Source: Candidatus Latescibacterota bacterium
GTDB lineage: Bacteria > Latescibacterota > UBA2968 > SICM01
Reading direction: 5' to 3'
Assembly: GCA_965217865.1 (NCBI GenBank)
Contig: CBDCJO010000002.1
Coordinates: forward strand, 3,200,001 to 3,264,000
Length of the DNA stretch: 64,000 bases
Of this stretch, positions 32,061 to 42,615 are shown one piece after another. The notes beneath the pieces are model-generated. The model had not been told where the DNA came from. It saw nothing but the letters and a program-made list of their open reading frames with translations, and ran no database searches. The position numbers and the translations under genes are program-made. Within the stretch, counting starts at the first letter, position 1. Each line of letters opens with the position of its first letter.

Positions 32061-32293
32061 GGCAATGCGGACGCTGCTGTCAGCAATACCGACAGCGATC
32101 ACGACGGGGGCGTGGAGATCGTGAAGCAATCCAGTGCGACAATCATATAGGCGCTACGGGCGGCTTTGACGCAGCAATGCTTGCACACGGTGCCATACTC
32201 GGCGACAACAGGGGAGCAGGGACCGGCACCGCGGCGGACGTTGTGGGGATCATGAGCGCCGCGCATATGGGTCCGCCCGAAGGGGACAGGCGA

Positions 32294-35200
32294 ATGAGCA
32301 ACGGCTTTCAGAGAACGTTGAACCACATACGATCCATCGCCGATTCCGAAGCCCACAAGGGGCGCCTCTTCGAAAGGCTGATGAAAACGTACTTTGTGGA
32401 GGACCCTCTCTACAAGGAACGTTTCTCCCACGTCTGGCTGTGGTCTGAATGGGCGGTCCTGCAGTCCGGTTTCGATGGCGCCGATACCGGTATCGATCTC
32501 GTCGCCGAGGAGCGCGAAGGCGGTTACTGCGCCATTCAGTGCAAGTGCTACGCACCGGGCACGCAGATTTCGAAGCCTTACCTCGATTCGTTCATCGCCG
32601 CCTCGGCCCGCGGTCCCTTCACCGCCCGCATCATGGTCGACACCGGCGATGAGTGGGGGCCGAACGCGGTCAAGACCATCGCTCCGCTGAAGCCCGCATG
32701 CGCCGTGCTTCGCTTCGGCGATCTCGCAAGCCGACCGTTCGACTGGCCCGATCTGGTCCACGGCGAACCGGAAGCGCTGACGTATCGGCGCGAACTGTTC
32801 AGCCTGCGCGCGCATCAGAAGACCGCACTCGACGACGTGACTGGAGGCTTCAAGACGCGTGATCGCGGCAAGTTGGTCATGGCTTGTGGCACGGGCAAGA
32901 CCTTTGCAGCGCTACGCATCGCGGAAGCCGTTGCGGGTATCGGAGGCCGGGTGCTCTATCTGGTGCCGTCGATATCGCTGTTCCAGCAGTCGATGCGCGA
33001 ATGGGCGACGCAACGGGCGATCCCGCATCGCTACATCGGGATCTGCTCCGATACCCGTGCCGGTCGCAACGACGAGGACGCGTCGCTTCAGGAACTCGAG
33101 ATCCCAGTCACTACGGACCCGTCGATGATTTCCCGGGCGTTGCGGTTATCGCGCCCGGACGCGATAACCGTGGTCTTTTGCACCTATCACTCGCTCGGCA
33201 TCGTGGAGCGCGCGCAAGACGACGGAGCACCGGCGTTCGATATTGTTCTTTGCGACGAGGCCCACAGGACGACGGGCATCGAGCGTCCCGGCGATCCGAC
33301 CTCGCCCTTCGTGCTGGTTCACGACGCCCAAAGAATTCGGGCCGCGAAGCGCCTCTACATGACCGCCACGCCGCGTCTCTACACGGAAGGCGCGAAAGCG
33401 AAGGCGGCAAGCCATGAGACGGAAGTATTCTCCATGGACGATCCGGTGACCTATGGGCCGGAGTTTCACCGCCTTGCCTTCTCCCGGGCCGTCGAGCAGG
33501 ACCTGTTGTCCGACTACAAGGTGGTGGTTCTCGCCCTATCCGAGCAGCATGTCGACGCCGCGTTGCAGGCGCATCTGGCTTCGGGCGACAGCAAGATTAA
33601 CATCAGCGACGCGGCGAAGATCGTCGGTTGCTGGCGCGCGTTGCAGAACCCGGAGAACAAGCGCCCCGGCGATGGACCGATTTCCCATCTCACCCGTGCG
33701 ATCGCGTTCACCAACACCATTAAATTCTCGAAGCGCTTGGTGGCTCATTGGGACAACATCGTCGGGCAAGCCATCGAACAGCTGCCCGAGGCGGCGCGGC
33801 CCGGTGCCTTCCGCTGCGAGACGCGCCACGTCGATGGACAGGACCACGCGCTCGAACGCAAGCGCCGTATCGAATGGCTCAAGGGCGATTCCGGGGGAAC
33901 GTGCCGCATTCTCTCGAACGCCCGGTGTCTTTCCGAGGGCATCGACGTGCCCGCGCTGGACGCCGTGCTCTTCATGGACTCCCGAAAATCCCAGGTCGAC
34001 ATCGTGCAGGCCGTGGGCCGCGCCATGCGCAAGGCTGCGGGCAAGCAGTACGGCTACATCGTGCTTCCGGTCGCCGTTCCGGCGGGCGTCGATCCGGACA
34101 AAGCCCTCGACGACAACGAGCGGTTCGCCGTTGTCTGGGGCGTCTTGCGCGCACTGCGCTCGCACGATGACCGGTTCGATGCCGAGATCAACAAGATCGA
34201 CCTCAATGACACGCCGACGGATCGGATCATCTTCAGCGGCGACGGGATCGACGGACGGGGTGACGGTTCCAGCCCTCTCGAACTGCCCTTTCCGCCGCTG
34301 GATCTGCCGCCCGGAGCGATCTTCGCCAAGGTCGTCGAGAAATGCGGGGACCGGAAGTACTGGGAAACCTGGGCCAAGGATGTGGCCGACATCTTCTCGC
34401 GGCTCGTCCACCGGATCGAGAATCTTCTGGCCAGTTCCGATAACGAAACCCTGCGTGAATGGTTCGATGCCTTCCACGAGGAACTCAAGGTCTCGATCAA
34501 CGAGTCGATTACCCGCGACAACGCCATCGAAATGATGGCCCAGCACATCCTGACGCGGCCAGTCTTCGAGGCGCTGTTCGAGCATTACGATTTCGCCGCC
34601 GGAAACCCGGTGGCGCGGGCGCTGGACGCCTTGCGACAGGATTTCGGGGAGTTCGGGCTGGAGAACGAGACGCGGGATCTGGAGCGCTTCTACGAGAGCG
34701 TGCGCATGCGCGCTCTCGGCCTCGACAACAGCGAAGCGCGCCAGCACGTGCTGATGGAACTCTACGAGAAGTTCTTCGCCACGGCCCTCAAGAGGGACGC
34801 GGACCGCCTCGGCATCGTCTACACGCCGGTCGAGATCGTGGATTTCATCCTGAACAGCGCCGATCGCGTGGTGCGCCGGGAGTTCGGTCGAAGCCTGAGC
34901 GACGAGGACGTTCATGTCCTCGACCCGTTCACCGGCACCGGCATCTTTCTCGTCCGGCTGATCCAGTCCGCGCTAGTCCGGGAGTCCGATCTCGGGAGGA
35001 AATACCATGGAGAGTTTCACGCCAACGAGATCGTGCTGCTGGCCTACTACATCGCGGCCATTCACATCGAAGAAGCATTCCACGGGCGGCGCGGCCCCGA
35101 GAGCGCCTATGAGCCTTTCAAGGGCATCGTACTGACCGATACGTTCAATCTGCACACCGACAGGACCGGATTCCCGAAGAATTGGCTTCCGGTCAACAGC

Positions 35201-37066
35201 GCACGGGCGGAACGCCAGCAGGATCTACCGATCCAGGTCATCGTCGGTAATCCACCATGGTCGGCAGGGCAGAGGAGCTCGGCGGACGACAACCCCAACG
35301 TCGACTATCCCGAGCTTGAGAAGCGCATCGCAAAAACCTATGCGGCGCGCTCGAAGTCGACAAACAAGAACAGTCTCTATGACACCTACAAGATGGCAAT
35401 CCGCTGGGCGTCGGACCGGATCGACAAACAAGGCGTGATCGCACTCGTCACCAACGGCTCCTGGATCGACGGCAACGTGGACTCCGGCGTTCGCGCCTGC
35501 CTGGCCGAGGAGTTCAGTTCGATCTATGTTCTGAACCTGCGGGGCAATCAGCGGACTCAGGGAGAACGCTCGCGCCAGGAGGGCGGCAAGGTATTCGGCC
35601 AAGGCTCCCGTGCGCCGGTCGCGATCACGATCCTGGTCCGGAACCCGGAAGCCGTTCATGACGGCTGCCGCATCCTCTACCGCGATATTGGCGACTATCT
35701 CAGACGTGAGGAGAAGCTGGCGGTCCTGCGCGAGGCGGGGTCGATCGCTGGCATCGAGGATTGGCGAACGATCACGCCCGACCGGCATCACGACTGGATC
35801 GGCCAGCGAAGCGAGGAATTCCAAAAGCTCTATCCGGTGGGTTCAAAGACCGCGAAGGCCGGGAAGGTGGACGAGGCGATCTTCAAGCTGTTCAGCAACG
35901 GCTACTACACCGGAAGAGACGCCTACATCTACAACTTCTCCCGCAATGCTTGCGCCGAAAACGCCCGCAGAATGGTGGATGACTATCTCGGAGCCCTGCG
36001 GGAGTTGAGCAAATTCAAGAATGGATCACCCTCGGACGAGGTCATTCACGAGATCACAAGCCGCCACTCCGCAAACATTCGATGGGATCAGACACTCAAA
36101 AACAGACTGCCGGCGGGCAACCAAGCGGCCTTTGACGGAAAAAATATTCACAAAACCGTGTACCGTCCATTCATCGCCATAAACTGTTATGCCGATCAGG
36201 TCTTTGCAAAACGACCTGGTCCGAGTAGCTGGATGTTTCTTACGGGAAACCGGCAACAAAACCGTGCGATCTGCGTTCCGGGAATCGGATCGACCAAGCC
36301 GTTCTCGGCTCTCGTGGTCGACAAGATGCCGGATCTTGAACTGATATCGAAGGGCCAGTGTTTCCCTCGCTACCGGTATCGGGAGCGGGCGGAGGTGCAG
36401 CGTGAGCTTCCGGGGATCGAATCGGGCCGGGAGCGCATCGACAACATCTCAGACACGGTCTTGCGCGCCTTCCGCGTGCGTTACAACGACAACACGATCA
36501 CCAAGGACGCGATCTTCGATTACGTCTACGGCGTTCTGCATGCGTCTGCCTACCGGGAACGCTTCGCCAACGATCTGGCGAAGGAACTGCCGCGCACTCC
36601 GCTCGCGCCCGATTTCCATGCCTTTGCGAGAGCCGGGCATGAACTTGCGGAACTTCACCTGGGTTACGAGACCTGCGAGGAGTATTCGCTGGACGTTACG
36701 TTCACACAGCCCGGAGAACCGCGACCGGAGCAGTTCCGTATCGGTGAGCGGGCGATGCGATTTGGCGACGACGAAAGGGCGGTCCTCCACGTCAACGAGT
36801 ACATAAGGTTGGGCAACATTCCGGCGGCCGCACACCAGTATCAGGTCAACGGGCGGACGCCGCTGGAGTGGTTTATCGACCGCTACAAAATAACGCGGGA
36901 CAAGGAAAGCGGCATCGTCAACGATCCCAACGCCTGGTTCGAGGACCCACGGGATCTGGTCGTGGCGATCCGCCGCATCGTATATGTCAGCTTGGAGACG
37001 GCCCGCATCGTCGAGGGCTTGCCGGAGCCGTTCGATCCTGCGGAACGTCTGCAAGGAACCATATGA
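32294..37066 (+). CDS. Type ISP restriction-modification enzyme (Mrr nuclease, SF2 helicase, N6 MTase, TRD; LlaGI/LlaBIII-like)
   Basis: DTGIDLV..AIQCKCY, MACGTGKT, DEAH, LSEGIDVPALD, QAVGR, LDPFTGTG, GNPPW, YRPF, DKESGIVNDPN. Intact, ~1590 aa. Confidence 0.93.
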   Translation: MSNGFQRTLNHIRSIADSEAHKGRLFERLMKTYFVEDPLYKERFSHVWLWSEWAVLQSGFDGADTGIDLVAEEREGGYCAIQCKCYAPGTQISKPYLDSFIAASARGPFTARIMVDTGDEWGPNAVKTIAPLKPACAVLRFGDLASRPFDWPDLVHGEPEALTYRRELFSLRAHQKTALDDVTGGFKTRDRGKLVMACGTGKTFAALRIAEAVAGIGGRVLYLVPSISLFQQSMREWATQRAIPHRYIGICSDTRAGRNDEDASLQELEIPVTTDPSMISRALRLSRPDAITVVFCTYHSLGIVERAQDDGAPAFDIVLCDEAHRTTGIERPGDPTSPFVLVHDAQRIRAAKRLYMTATPRLYTEGAKAKAASHETEVFSMDDPVTYGPEFHRLAFSRAVEQDLLSDYKVVVLALSEQHVDAALQAHLASGDSKINISDAAKIVGCWRALQNPENKRPGDGPISHLTRAIAFTNTIKFSKRLVAHWDNIVGQAIEQLPEAARPGAFRCETRHVDGQDHALERKRRIEWLKGDSGGTCRILSNARCLSEGIDVPALDAVLFMDSRKSQVDIVQAVGRAMRKAAGKQYGYIVLPVAVPAGVDPDKALDDNERFAVVWGVLRALRSHDDRFDAEINKIDLNDTPTDRIIFSGDGIDGRGDGSSPLELPFPPLDLPPGAIFAKVVEKCGDRKYWETWAKDVADIFSRLVHRIENLLASSDNETLREWFDAFHEELKVSINESITRDNAIEMMAQHILTRPVFEALFEHYDFAAGNPVARALDALRQDFGEFGLENETRDLERFYESVRMRALGLDNSEARQHVLMELYEKFFATALKRDADRLGIVYTPVEIVDFILNSADRVVRREFGRSLSDEDVHVLDPFTGTGIFLVRLIQSALVRESDLGRKYHGEFHANEIVLLAYYIAAIHIEEAFHGRRGPESAYEPFKGIVLTDTFNLHTDRTGFPKNWLPVNSARAERQQDLPIQVIVGNPPWSAGQRSSADDNPNVDYPELEKRIAKTYAARSKSTNKNSLYDTYKMAIRWASDRIDKQGVIALVTNGSWIDGNVDSGVRACLAEEFSSIYVLNLRGNQRTQGERSRQEGGKVFGQGSRAPVAITILVRNPEAVHDGCRILYRDIGDYLRREEKLAVLREAGSIAGIEDWRTITPDRHHDWIGQRSEEFQKLYPVGSKTAKAGKVDEAIFKLFSNGYYTGRDAYIYNFSRNACAENARRMVDDYLGALRELSKFKNGSPSDEVIHEITSRHSANIRWDQTLKNRLPAGNQAAFDGKNIHKTVYRPFIAINCYADQVFAKRPGPSSWMFLTGNRQQNRAICVPGIGSTKPFSALVVDKMPDLELISKGQCFPRYRYRERAEVQRELPGIESGRERIDNISDTVLRAFRVRYNDNTITKDAIFDYVYGVLHASAYRERFANDLAKELPRTPLAPDFHAFARAGHELAELHLGYETCEEYSLDVTFTQPGEPRPEQFRIGERAMRFGDDERAVLHVNEYIRLGNIPAAAHQYQVNGRTPLEWFIDRYKITRDKESGIVNDPNAWFEDPRDLVVAIRRIVYVSLETARIVEGLPEPFDPAERLQGTI

Positions 37067-37209
37067 ACGGCGTTGTAGTCATGTGCACGCATAGCCCAAT
37101 GGTTCTCTGGTGTTAGTGGAATTCTCAGGACTTCACTGATCACGCCGACCGCTTTACTGAGATATCAGCAGCGGTCATGCGCGCCATTTCAACATAAGGG
37201 AACAAATCA

Positions 37210-37485
37210 GTGATTGACGTAATTTCCAAACCCGCTGATCAAATTGGCTTGAGTGACATTGAGGCATTAATCACTTCACAAGTCCCGGAAGGCGAGCAGA
37301 TTGAATTCAAGGAGAGCTTGTCCGAAAAAGGTAAATCTTCCGATCCCTGGATGGAAGGTAAGGTTCGAATTGGTGACCGAGCGAGAAACAAGGTGCTTGA
37401 GGAGGCCGTTGCCTTCGCAAATTCTCATGGTGGCGCTCTGCTGATTGGTATCAAGGAGTCCGGTACGAAACCTCCTGTTGCTACC
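37210..37485 (+). pseudogene. Schlafen/AlbA_2 domain protein, truncated
   Basis: VPEGEQIEFKE...AFANSHGGALLIGIKE. Confidence 0.78.
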
Positions 37486-37576
37486 ATCGCCGCGCGTTCC
37501 TCCCACGCCTCATCGCTGTTCTTTACGCTGGAACCGCTCTTGGGGGGTGTCACGGCTTGAAGATTCTGCTTTTGAC

Positions 37577-38551
37577 ATGATTCAAATCCACCGAAGATTT
37601 GTTCTGCAGCTTGAAGGATTTGTCATGGTTGCGGCAGGTCTGTCCTCCGCAGTGATGGCGCCGCTTGAATTCTCTCTCTTCAAGGATATCACGAAGGACC
37701 TTGTCGGATTCGGCTACCTTGGCTTTGCGGCGCATTCAGGCCAGATTTTTGGCTTTTATCTAGTTGCCCTTGTGCTTCTTCCACTTGGGTACGGTCATCT
37801 TCTTCTAAGATCCTGGGCACACAAGCTCAGCTTAACGGCCCTGTGGTCGTGGCTCATATTAGGTATTCCATGTATGGCATTCGTGATGTACATCTTTGTC
37901 GCTTACAAGAATCCCACAGATCTCACCACGCTATTTTTTGGTGTATCTACTCTATTCATTTATCCGGTTCTGCCTTTTGCCCTCGTTCTGTTCTATCGTA
38001 GTTCAGATACGCAAGCACAGTTTCATAGCAAAGACCATCTCACTTGGATTGAGACAGCGCCACAGCCGGTGCTAATCCTTGGCTCAGTCGTGACCTTTTA
38101 TGTCTTTGCTTTTCACTTACCCCTATTTCTGAACGGGGTTGTTCCGTTTGGATGTGTCTTTCTGTCAGGCCTCGGAGGCTACACGCTCGCAGCTACAGCA
38201 ATTCTGGGATTATCATTCGTTGCGTTGGGATTGTTCAATCAACGCCGTTGGGCATGGTTCGGTGGGATGGCATGTTTTACTACGATGGCAATGGACTTCC
38301 CCCTCGCGTTCTTGTGTTCTGGTTCGACAGAATTCCTCCGGCAACTTGGGGTATCGGATTTGGACGTGTCTTTGGTCGAGCTACAATTTCCAAGTGCACA
38401 GATCGCACTATTTCTAGCACTTCCAACAGTGAGCGCTCTGTTCACCTTATTGTTTAACCGTCGATATTTTGATCGGGTTGCGACAAAGGCGGAGCTTTGG
38501 ATGGGTCTGCTGGCCGTGGTGATTCTGATTCGCCTTTGGTCTAAAGTCTGA
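37577..38551 (+). CDS. Multi-pass membrane protein (cassette gene; true start uncertain)
   Basis: Many hydrophobic helices. The stop lies 16 bp before an attC R''. Confidence 0.7.
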   Translation: MIQIHRRFVLQLEGFVMVAAGLSSAVMAPLEFSLFKDITKDLVGFGYLGFAAHSGQIFGFYLVALVLLPLGYGHLLLRSWAHKLSLTALWSWLILGIPCMAFVMYIFVAYKNPTDLTTLFFGVSTLFIYPVLPFALVLFYRSSDTQAQFHSKDHLTWIETAPQPVLILGSVVTFYVFAFHLPLFLNGVVPFGCVFLSGLGGYTLAATAILGLSFVALGLFNQRRWAWFGGMACFTTMAMDFPLAFLCSGSTEFLRQLGVSDLDVSLVELQFPSAQIALFLALPTVSALFTLLFNRRYFDRVATKAELWMGLLAVVILIRLWSKV

Positions 38552-38637
38552 TTTTAAGGATACTGTATATAACACCGAGTGCCCGCCTCCGCTTCGCTCC
38601 GGAGGAACCTGCTGCGCAGGTTCGGGCACTCTTGAAC

Positions 38638-40550
38638 TACATGCGGAAAGTCAAGAGCAAAGTTGACGATTTCGAGGTTGGATGAGATTTTTTATGCCGG
38701 TTTTCTCAGCGTCAAGGGGTGTAAAGTGGACATTCTTACTATGTTCGGAGCGCAGTTCGCCCTTATGGTGCAGGACCGGTCTTTGAAGAGGGGCGAAGCT
38801 CCCGTGTGGGGGGTGGTGTCTTCCGATACCAACTTACATCCGCGGCCGGCACTCTTGTTTGTGTGAGTAGGTGTGCCGGTCTTCGCGCATTTTCTAATCC
38901 GATCCAGGAAGACGGGGAGGCCTGCGGATCTGTTAGCCGAAGCGACTCCTATCGGAGCCCTCCTCTCAAGCCAGTTCTGCAGGCCGCCCCTGGCCGCCTT
39001 GGAAGGCGGCAGCTTGTGTAACCGGTCCGGCAGGAGACTGCACCGGATGTGAATCGAGCAGCGATGTCAAAGAGCGAGTGTGACCGCGGCAGCGGTCAGG
39101 CGGCGGCGCGAGCGCGCCGTCGGGGATGCTGCTTTTTCTTGTAGCGCTTCATGTAGCGCCTCTCGAGCGTTTTGAGGGATGCCGCGGGGTGGTCTCTCTC
39201 CTCGTAGAGACGATTTTCTCTGAGCAGGGCTACGATGAGCCGTAGGAGCTGGGACGAGGCGGCCACGATATTCTTGCGGTAGCACTTCTTCCTGAGCTCG
39301 CGTTCGAGGAAGCGGCGGCGGACCTGGGGCACGACCCGGGCGGTCTGTTCGGTCATCTGGTAGATGATTCGCCGCAGCCGGGGATTGCCGATCTTGCTCA
39401 TCCGCCTTTTGCCTTTGTACTTTCCGGAGTCGGCGATGCGCACGTTCGTGCCGGCGAGCTTCTCGATCTGTTTGAAGTGGGTGAAGCGGGTGGCCCCTCG
39501 CGTCTCCGCGGTAAATTGGGCAGCCAGGTTTTTGTTGATGTTGGGGATCGAGTCGACGATTTGGAAAGTCGGATCCTGCTGAGTGCGGGCGATCATCGCC
39601 TGCTCCACAGCTTTGAGTTGCGTCTCGGTCCGCCGGAGCGCCTCGATCCAGCCATTCAGGATGATGCGGAGGACATCTTCCTGGCCCTCGACCGGGATCC
39701 CGATGGAGGTCCGGGCCTCCTCCTTCAGCTTCTGCAGCGTCGCCACCCCGTAACTGCCTCTTGAGATCCGATGGATCTGGCGGCCCTCCTCTTCGATGTC
39801 AATTTCCTCGAAGTGGCGGGGCAAGAAATATCGCTCCAACAGGTAGCGGGAGGTCTTCGTACGAATGTTGACCGCGTGGAGGAACTCCGGGAAGACGCGT
39901 TCCATCAGAGACCGGGTGCGGAGCAGGGACTTTGTGAGGTCCTTCCGGAGCTTGTCGTAGGCGATTGAGAGCTGGTGCGCGGCCTCCATGTGAGGCTCGA
40001 ACGTCCTGAAGAGATCATAGCTTCCCTTCTGTGCGCTGTCGGCCACCAGAAAGGCATCCCTGGGATCCGACTTGGAGAAATCGCGGTGCATCATCGGTCT
40101 TGCGTGATACGTCGTGAGGGGGCTCACCAGCAGCACGCGATACCCCTTCCCCTGGAGGTAGTGGGCCAGGGTAACCCACAGATTGCAGGACGTCTCGATG
40201 GCCACCACCATCCGATCCGGCCCGCAATCTTTGATGCGTCGCTCCAGATGCTGCCAGAGGGTATGGTCATATCCCGCTCGCGTCACGGGGAATGAGAAGG
40301 CCCCGCCTTGCTGAAGTCCGGAGGGATCGAGCACCGACCCGCTGTGTTTTTCCTTGCCCGGATCGATCCCGAGGACGAAATTCTGGGAGATGGCCTGTCG
40401 TTTAAGGTGGAAGATTTTCGACTTCATCGTATACCTCCAGCGTTGAGGGTTGAGTTTGCTTGCGCTTGCCGAATCTTAAGACACCTTGCCTTGCAAGGGA
40501 AGATTCAGCCCCTCAACGCTGTTTTTTCCTCCTTTACTCAATATAGAAAT
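38638..40550 (-). mobile_element. IS110-family element #1 inserted immediately before attC R'
   Basis: Boundaries inferred from the reconstituted attC. Right end CTTGACTTTCCGCATGTAG (minus strand), ~455-bp downstream NCR, upstream hairpin CAGCGTTGAGGG/CCCTCAACGCTG. Confidence 0.82.
39096..40427 (-). CDS. IS110-family DEDD recombinase
   Basis: GIDPGK, AIETS, KSDPRDA, DSGKYKG...KIGNPRLR. Confidence 0.92.
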   Translation of the reverse strand: MKSKIFHLKRQAISQNFVLGIDPGKEKHSGSVLDPSGLQQGGAFSFPVTRAGYDHTLWQHLERRIKDCGPDRMVVAIETSCNLWVTLAHYLQGKGYRVLLVSPLTTYHARPMMHRDFSKSDPRDAFLVADSAQKGSYDLFRTFEPHMEAAHQLSIAYDKLRKDLTKSLLRTRSLMERVFPEFLHAVNIRTKTSRYLLERYFLPRHFEEIDIEEEGRQIHRISRGSYGVATLQKLKEEARTSIGIPVEGQEDVLRIILNGWIEALRRTETQLKAVEQAMIARTQQDPTFQIVDSIPNINKNLAAQFTAETRGATRFTHFKQIEKLAGTNVRIADSGKYKGKRRMSKIGNPRLRRIIYQMTEQTARVVPQVRRRFLERELRKKCYRKNIVAASSQLLRLIVALLRENRLYEERDHPAASLKTLERRYMKRYKKKQHPRRRARAAA

Positions 40551-40597
40551 CGTTATCCGGCATAGGGGTTCGAAGGGGAAATGATTTCGTTGTTGTA

Positions 40598-41002
40598 GTG
40601 GGCAAACATCCAGTATCGGAGCAACAGATGGATCCGAGGGTGGTCAGACATTACGAGACGGTCAAAGACGAGGCCACTCGCCTAGCCCAGGGAACTTGCC
40701 GAGTGGAGTTCGAAAGGACGAAAGAGGTTCTGCTGAGATACTTGCCGGGCCCTCCGGCTCAAATTCTCGACATCGGAGGTGGGCCAGGTGCTTATTCATT
40801 CTGGCTGGCGGAAAAATCGTACAAAGTCCATCTGATTGACATTGTGCCCCTCCACGTGGAGCAGGCCAAGAGCAGGGAAGGTGGGGCACTTCTTGCCAGC
40901 ATCGGCCAGGGAGACGCAAGTAGACTCGACTTCGAGTCTGACTCGATGGATGTGGTGCTGCTGCTCGGTCCACATCTTCTGACGATGGCCAAGAAGAAGT
41001 GA
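40598..41002 (+). pseudogene. SAM methyltransferase cassette gene with internal deletion
   Basis: ILDIGGGPGAYS..GDA..DVVLLLGP jumps directly to a family-typical C-terminus HLLTMAKK. Confidence 0.75.
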
Positions 41003-41072
41003 AGACTGGTGCTGCCTGGCTGCCCGCGTCTGACTAGACTGGAGACCCCGAACCCCTACGTCCGCCTAACAC

Positions 41073-41571
41073 ATATTAAAGGCCCCGGGTCAAGAAAAAA
41101 AGACTCCTCCATCACGATTTTCACCGTTTTTTTGCGACCCTAACGTTCGGGGCGTGCAATGAGCCGATCCGAAGAGGTTTGGCGATGTTCGGATCTTTGT
41201 CAGTCGTCGGTCTGACTTGATTTTCACAAACCGGGCTAGATGTGAGCCATCTGCACCAAACACGTATCGGGAATCAAGCGCCTCTCACGGTATACTGTGG
41301 AGCGCCCTGGGAGAGGCATTGTCCTCTCCCTCCAGAAAATAATCGGTACCCCTTGAGTCCCAATCAAGAAGGATGGCTGTTCTCCCCTTTTATGAGGGGG
41401 AACGCCAGTTAGGTTCGGGTTCATCGCGGGGGCAGACGGACTGACTGTCTCAGATCCGCTCATCTATGTTCTAAATAAGGGGTGAAGGCGGCTTCCCAAT
41501 CAAGCCGATGAGCTGGGCTATTGTCCGGACGTTGCCCTGCCAGTTAGGCGCCGGGTTAACCGCCCCACCCA
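41073..41571 (-). ncRNA. Candidate bridge/seek RNA region of IS110 #2
   Basis: Two repeated modules AACCCG..CCTAACTGGC...TTGATTGGGA. The first contains CGCCTAAC, identical to target 41063-41070. RNA expression is inferred from family knowledge. Confidence 0.6.
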
Positions 41572-42615
41572 TTATGCTACAAACCGTTTCTCGTCGAATG
41601 CCTGGCCGTTTTTGAGCATTTGGTAGGCGGCCACGCCGAATTTGTGAGCGATGACGCTCTTGGCTTTTCCCGGACCTTGTTTGCTTTTGAGCTTCTCGTA
41701 GTATCTATTGATCGGTTCTGACCATCGCTGGGCGACGAGGATGATTTCTGAGAAGGCCCACTTTAGGTGTGGGTTGCCGATTTTGTTATTCCCGTCCTTT
41801 GTCTTCTTTCCAGCGGACTCTCTCTCGACTTTGATCAGCCGGCTGTAGGAGGAGAAGGCTGAAGCGGATTTGAACCGTTCAATCGTGTGGATTTCATACA
41901 GGATGGTCATGGCCAACATCTCCCCAAGTCCGGGAACCGTCATCAGGATAGACAGGACATTGCGATCGTGATGTTTGGCCTGTGCCAAGACTTGCTTCTC
42001 GACTTTGTAGATCATTTTGTCCAGGGAGTCAACCAGGTCCAGATCGCAGTCCACAGACATACTCAGATCTGGGTCGGCCAGACGTTCGCACAGCTTTCTC
42101 CTGTTGCTCTTCTTTTTGACCTGGTCGCTGAGAGGATCCAGGATAGCTTGCTGAGAGAAGGTGTTCTGGATGTGGGTGTAACACTCAGCCCGTAAGGCCA
42201 CAAACCGGTGTCTTCGCCGGAGCAGGTCCCGGGTTGCCCGCATCTCTTGCGGATAGGCATAGGCCATCGGGAACAGGTTGCAGCGCATCAGCTCAGCCAG
42301 CATTCTGGAATCGAGACGGTCGTTCTTTTTCTTGCCCCCATGGATCGCCTTCATATACAGGGCGTGTCCCAGGTAGAATGGAATCCCGGCCTTGTGACAC
42401 CCGTCAGCCAGCCAGTACCAGTTGAAGGTTGACTCCACCCCGACGGCGATGCTACCGAGGTGAGTTTCCAGCACCTGCAGCAGGAGCTTGAAGTCGTTTT
42501 TCAGGTTGCGCTGGAACACAATCTCTCCCATCTTGTCCATGATGCAGACAAACATCGTTCTGGCGTGGAGATCGATGCCACAGAAATAGTTCGAGTCGAT
42601 CCTTGCGTATTGCAT
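41572..42615 (-). CDS. IS110/IS1111-family DEDD recombinase
   Basis: CGIDLH, VESTFNWYW, KKNDRLDS, ESAGK..KIGNPHLKWAF. Confidence 0.93.
   Translation of the reverse strand: MQYARIDSNYFCGIDLHARTMFVCIMDKMGEIVFQRNLKNDFKLLLQVLETHLGSIAVGVESTFNWYWLADGCHKAGIPFYLGHALYMKAIHGGKKKNDRLDSRMLAELMRCNLFPMAYAYPQEMRATRDLLRRRHRFVALRAECYTHIQNTFSQQAILDPLSDQVKKKSNRRKLCERLADPDLSMSVDCDLDLVDSLDKMIYKVEKQVLAQAKHHDRNVLSILMTVPGLGEMLAMTILYEIHTIERFKSASAFSSYSRLIKVERESAGKKTKDGNNKIGNPHLKWAFSEIILVAQRWSEPINRYYEKLKSKQGPGKAKSVIAHKFGVAAYQMLKNGQAFDEKRFVA

Larger units (their letters stand above)
38567..40558 (+). other. attC site split by IS110 #1 (38567-38637 plus 40551-40558)
   Basis: ATATAAC-ACCGAGTGCCCG...CGGGCACTCTTGAAC | GTTATCC rejoin to a full attC. 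Confidence 0.8.

Noticed and set aside
32177-32293. N-terminal extension of the type ISP ORF
   Set aside because: The ATG at 32294 follows a purine-rich RBS and begins the recognisable Mrr-like domain.
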